Source of the DNA: a virus
DNA: 15,424 bases
Virus record (IMG/VR): IMGVR_UViG_3300045988_180912
Direction: 5' to 3' (one strand)
Below, piece by piece: positions 15,342-15,424 of this stretch (positions within the stretch are counted from its first letter, which is position 1; each line of letters starts with the position of its first letter). A program made the translations under genes and the position numbers. Below the pieces are notes generated by a model. The model ran no database searches. It saw only the letters and a list, made by a program, of their open reading frames with translations, and was not told where the DNA came from.

Positions 15342-15424
15342 AATTAAATTAAAAGTTTAGTTCCCTAAATTTTCGAAAGAATGTTTGGGGAACTTTTGTT
15401 CGTATTTTCGAGCGCTAGGCATTT
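15342..15424 (+). ncRNA. Candidate structured RNA transcribed from the 15307 promoter, continuing past the window edge
   Basis: No ORF; AGTTCCC (15359-15365) pairs with GGGAACT (15388-15394), with alternative pairing AAAAGTT (15351-15357) / AACTTTT (15391-15397); GC-richer 3' segment CGAGCGCTAGGC. Confidence 0.4.

Noticed and set aside
1-15424. Stop-codon reassignment (TGA or TAG recoding)
   Set aside because: Natural gene ends use TAA, TAG (e.g. 1880, 12021, 15283) and TGA (12982..12980); Trp is TGG; the breaks are not explained by reading a stop in frame 0 because downstream frame-0 sequence is not homologous.
1-15424. CRISPR array, transposase, integrase, toxin-antitoxin or defence island
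   Set aside because: No regularly spaced repeats apart from the lysin tandem repeat, and no such protein signatures; gene content is compact lytic phi29-like.

Overview
AT-rich window carrying most of a small phi29-like (Salasmaviridae-like, protein-primed) podovirus genome. Leftward (-) genes, in transcription order: several small early ORFs, a putative ssDNA-binding protein, terminal protein, family B protein-primed DNA polymerase, holin, GH25 endolysin with two CW_7-type repeats, gp13-like morphogenesis lysozyme, scaffold, major capsid protein (MCP) with an Ig-like tail, tail knob, connector, lower collar, and a beta-helix appendage that runs off the left edge. The packaging ATPase (gp16-like) is rightward at the other end. 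Main result: five essential genes look broken in the ORF track (MCP, gp13, DNA polymerase, terminal protein, ATPase), and all are repaired by one rule. At every in-frame CGG codon the reading frame moves +1, so the four bases CGGA or CGGT are consumed as one residue, consistent with glycine GGA/GGT after skipping the C. I count 11 sites (MCP 1, gp13 1, polymerase 2, terminal protein 1, ATPase 6). By manual scan I found no in-frame CGG codon in this window that is read normally. The repaired proteins have phi29-like lengths (MCP 442 aa, polymerase 584 aa, terminal protein 278 aa, ATPase 340 aa) and regain conserved motifs such as DVGHGTVLDVNSLYPSVMYE, SESAINPGRWQSD and GKLAKGTLYEQYA. This resembles the +1 frameshifting reported at AGG/CCC codons in Perkinsus mitochondrial cox1. 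It suggests systematic quadruplet decoding or frameshifting at CGG in this phage or its host, with a systematic assembly artefact as the main alternative to exclude. Other items of interest are near-consensus promoters, an operator-like palindrome over the main leftward promoter, a terminator after the MCP, and two candidate structured RNAs.
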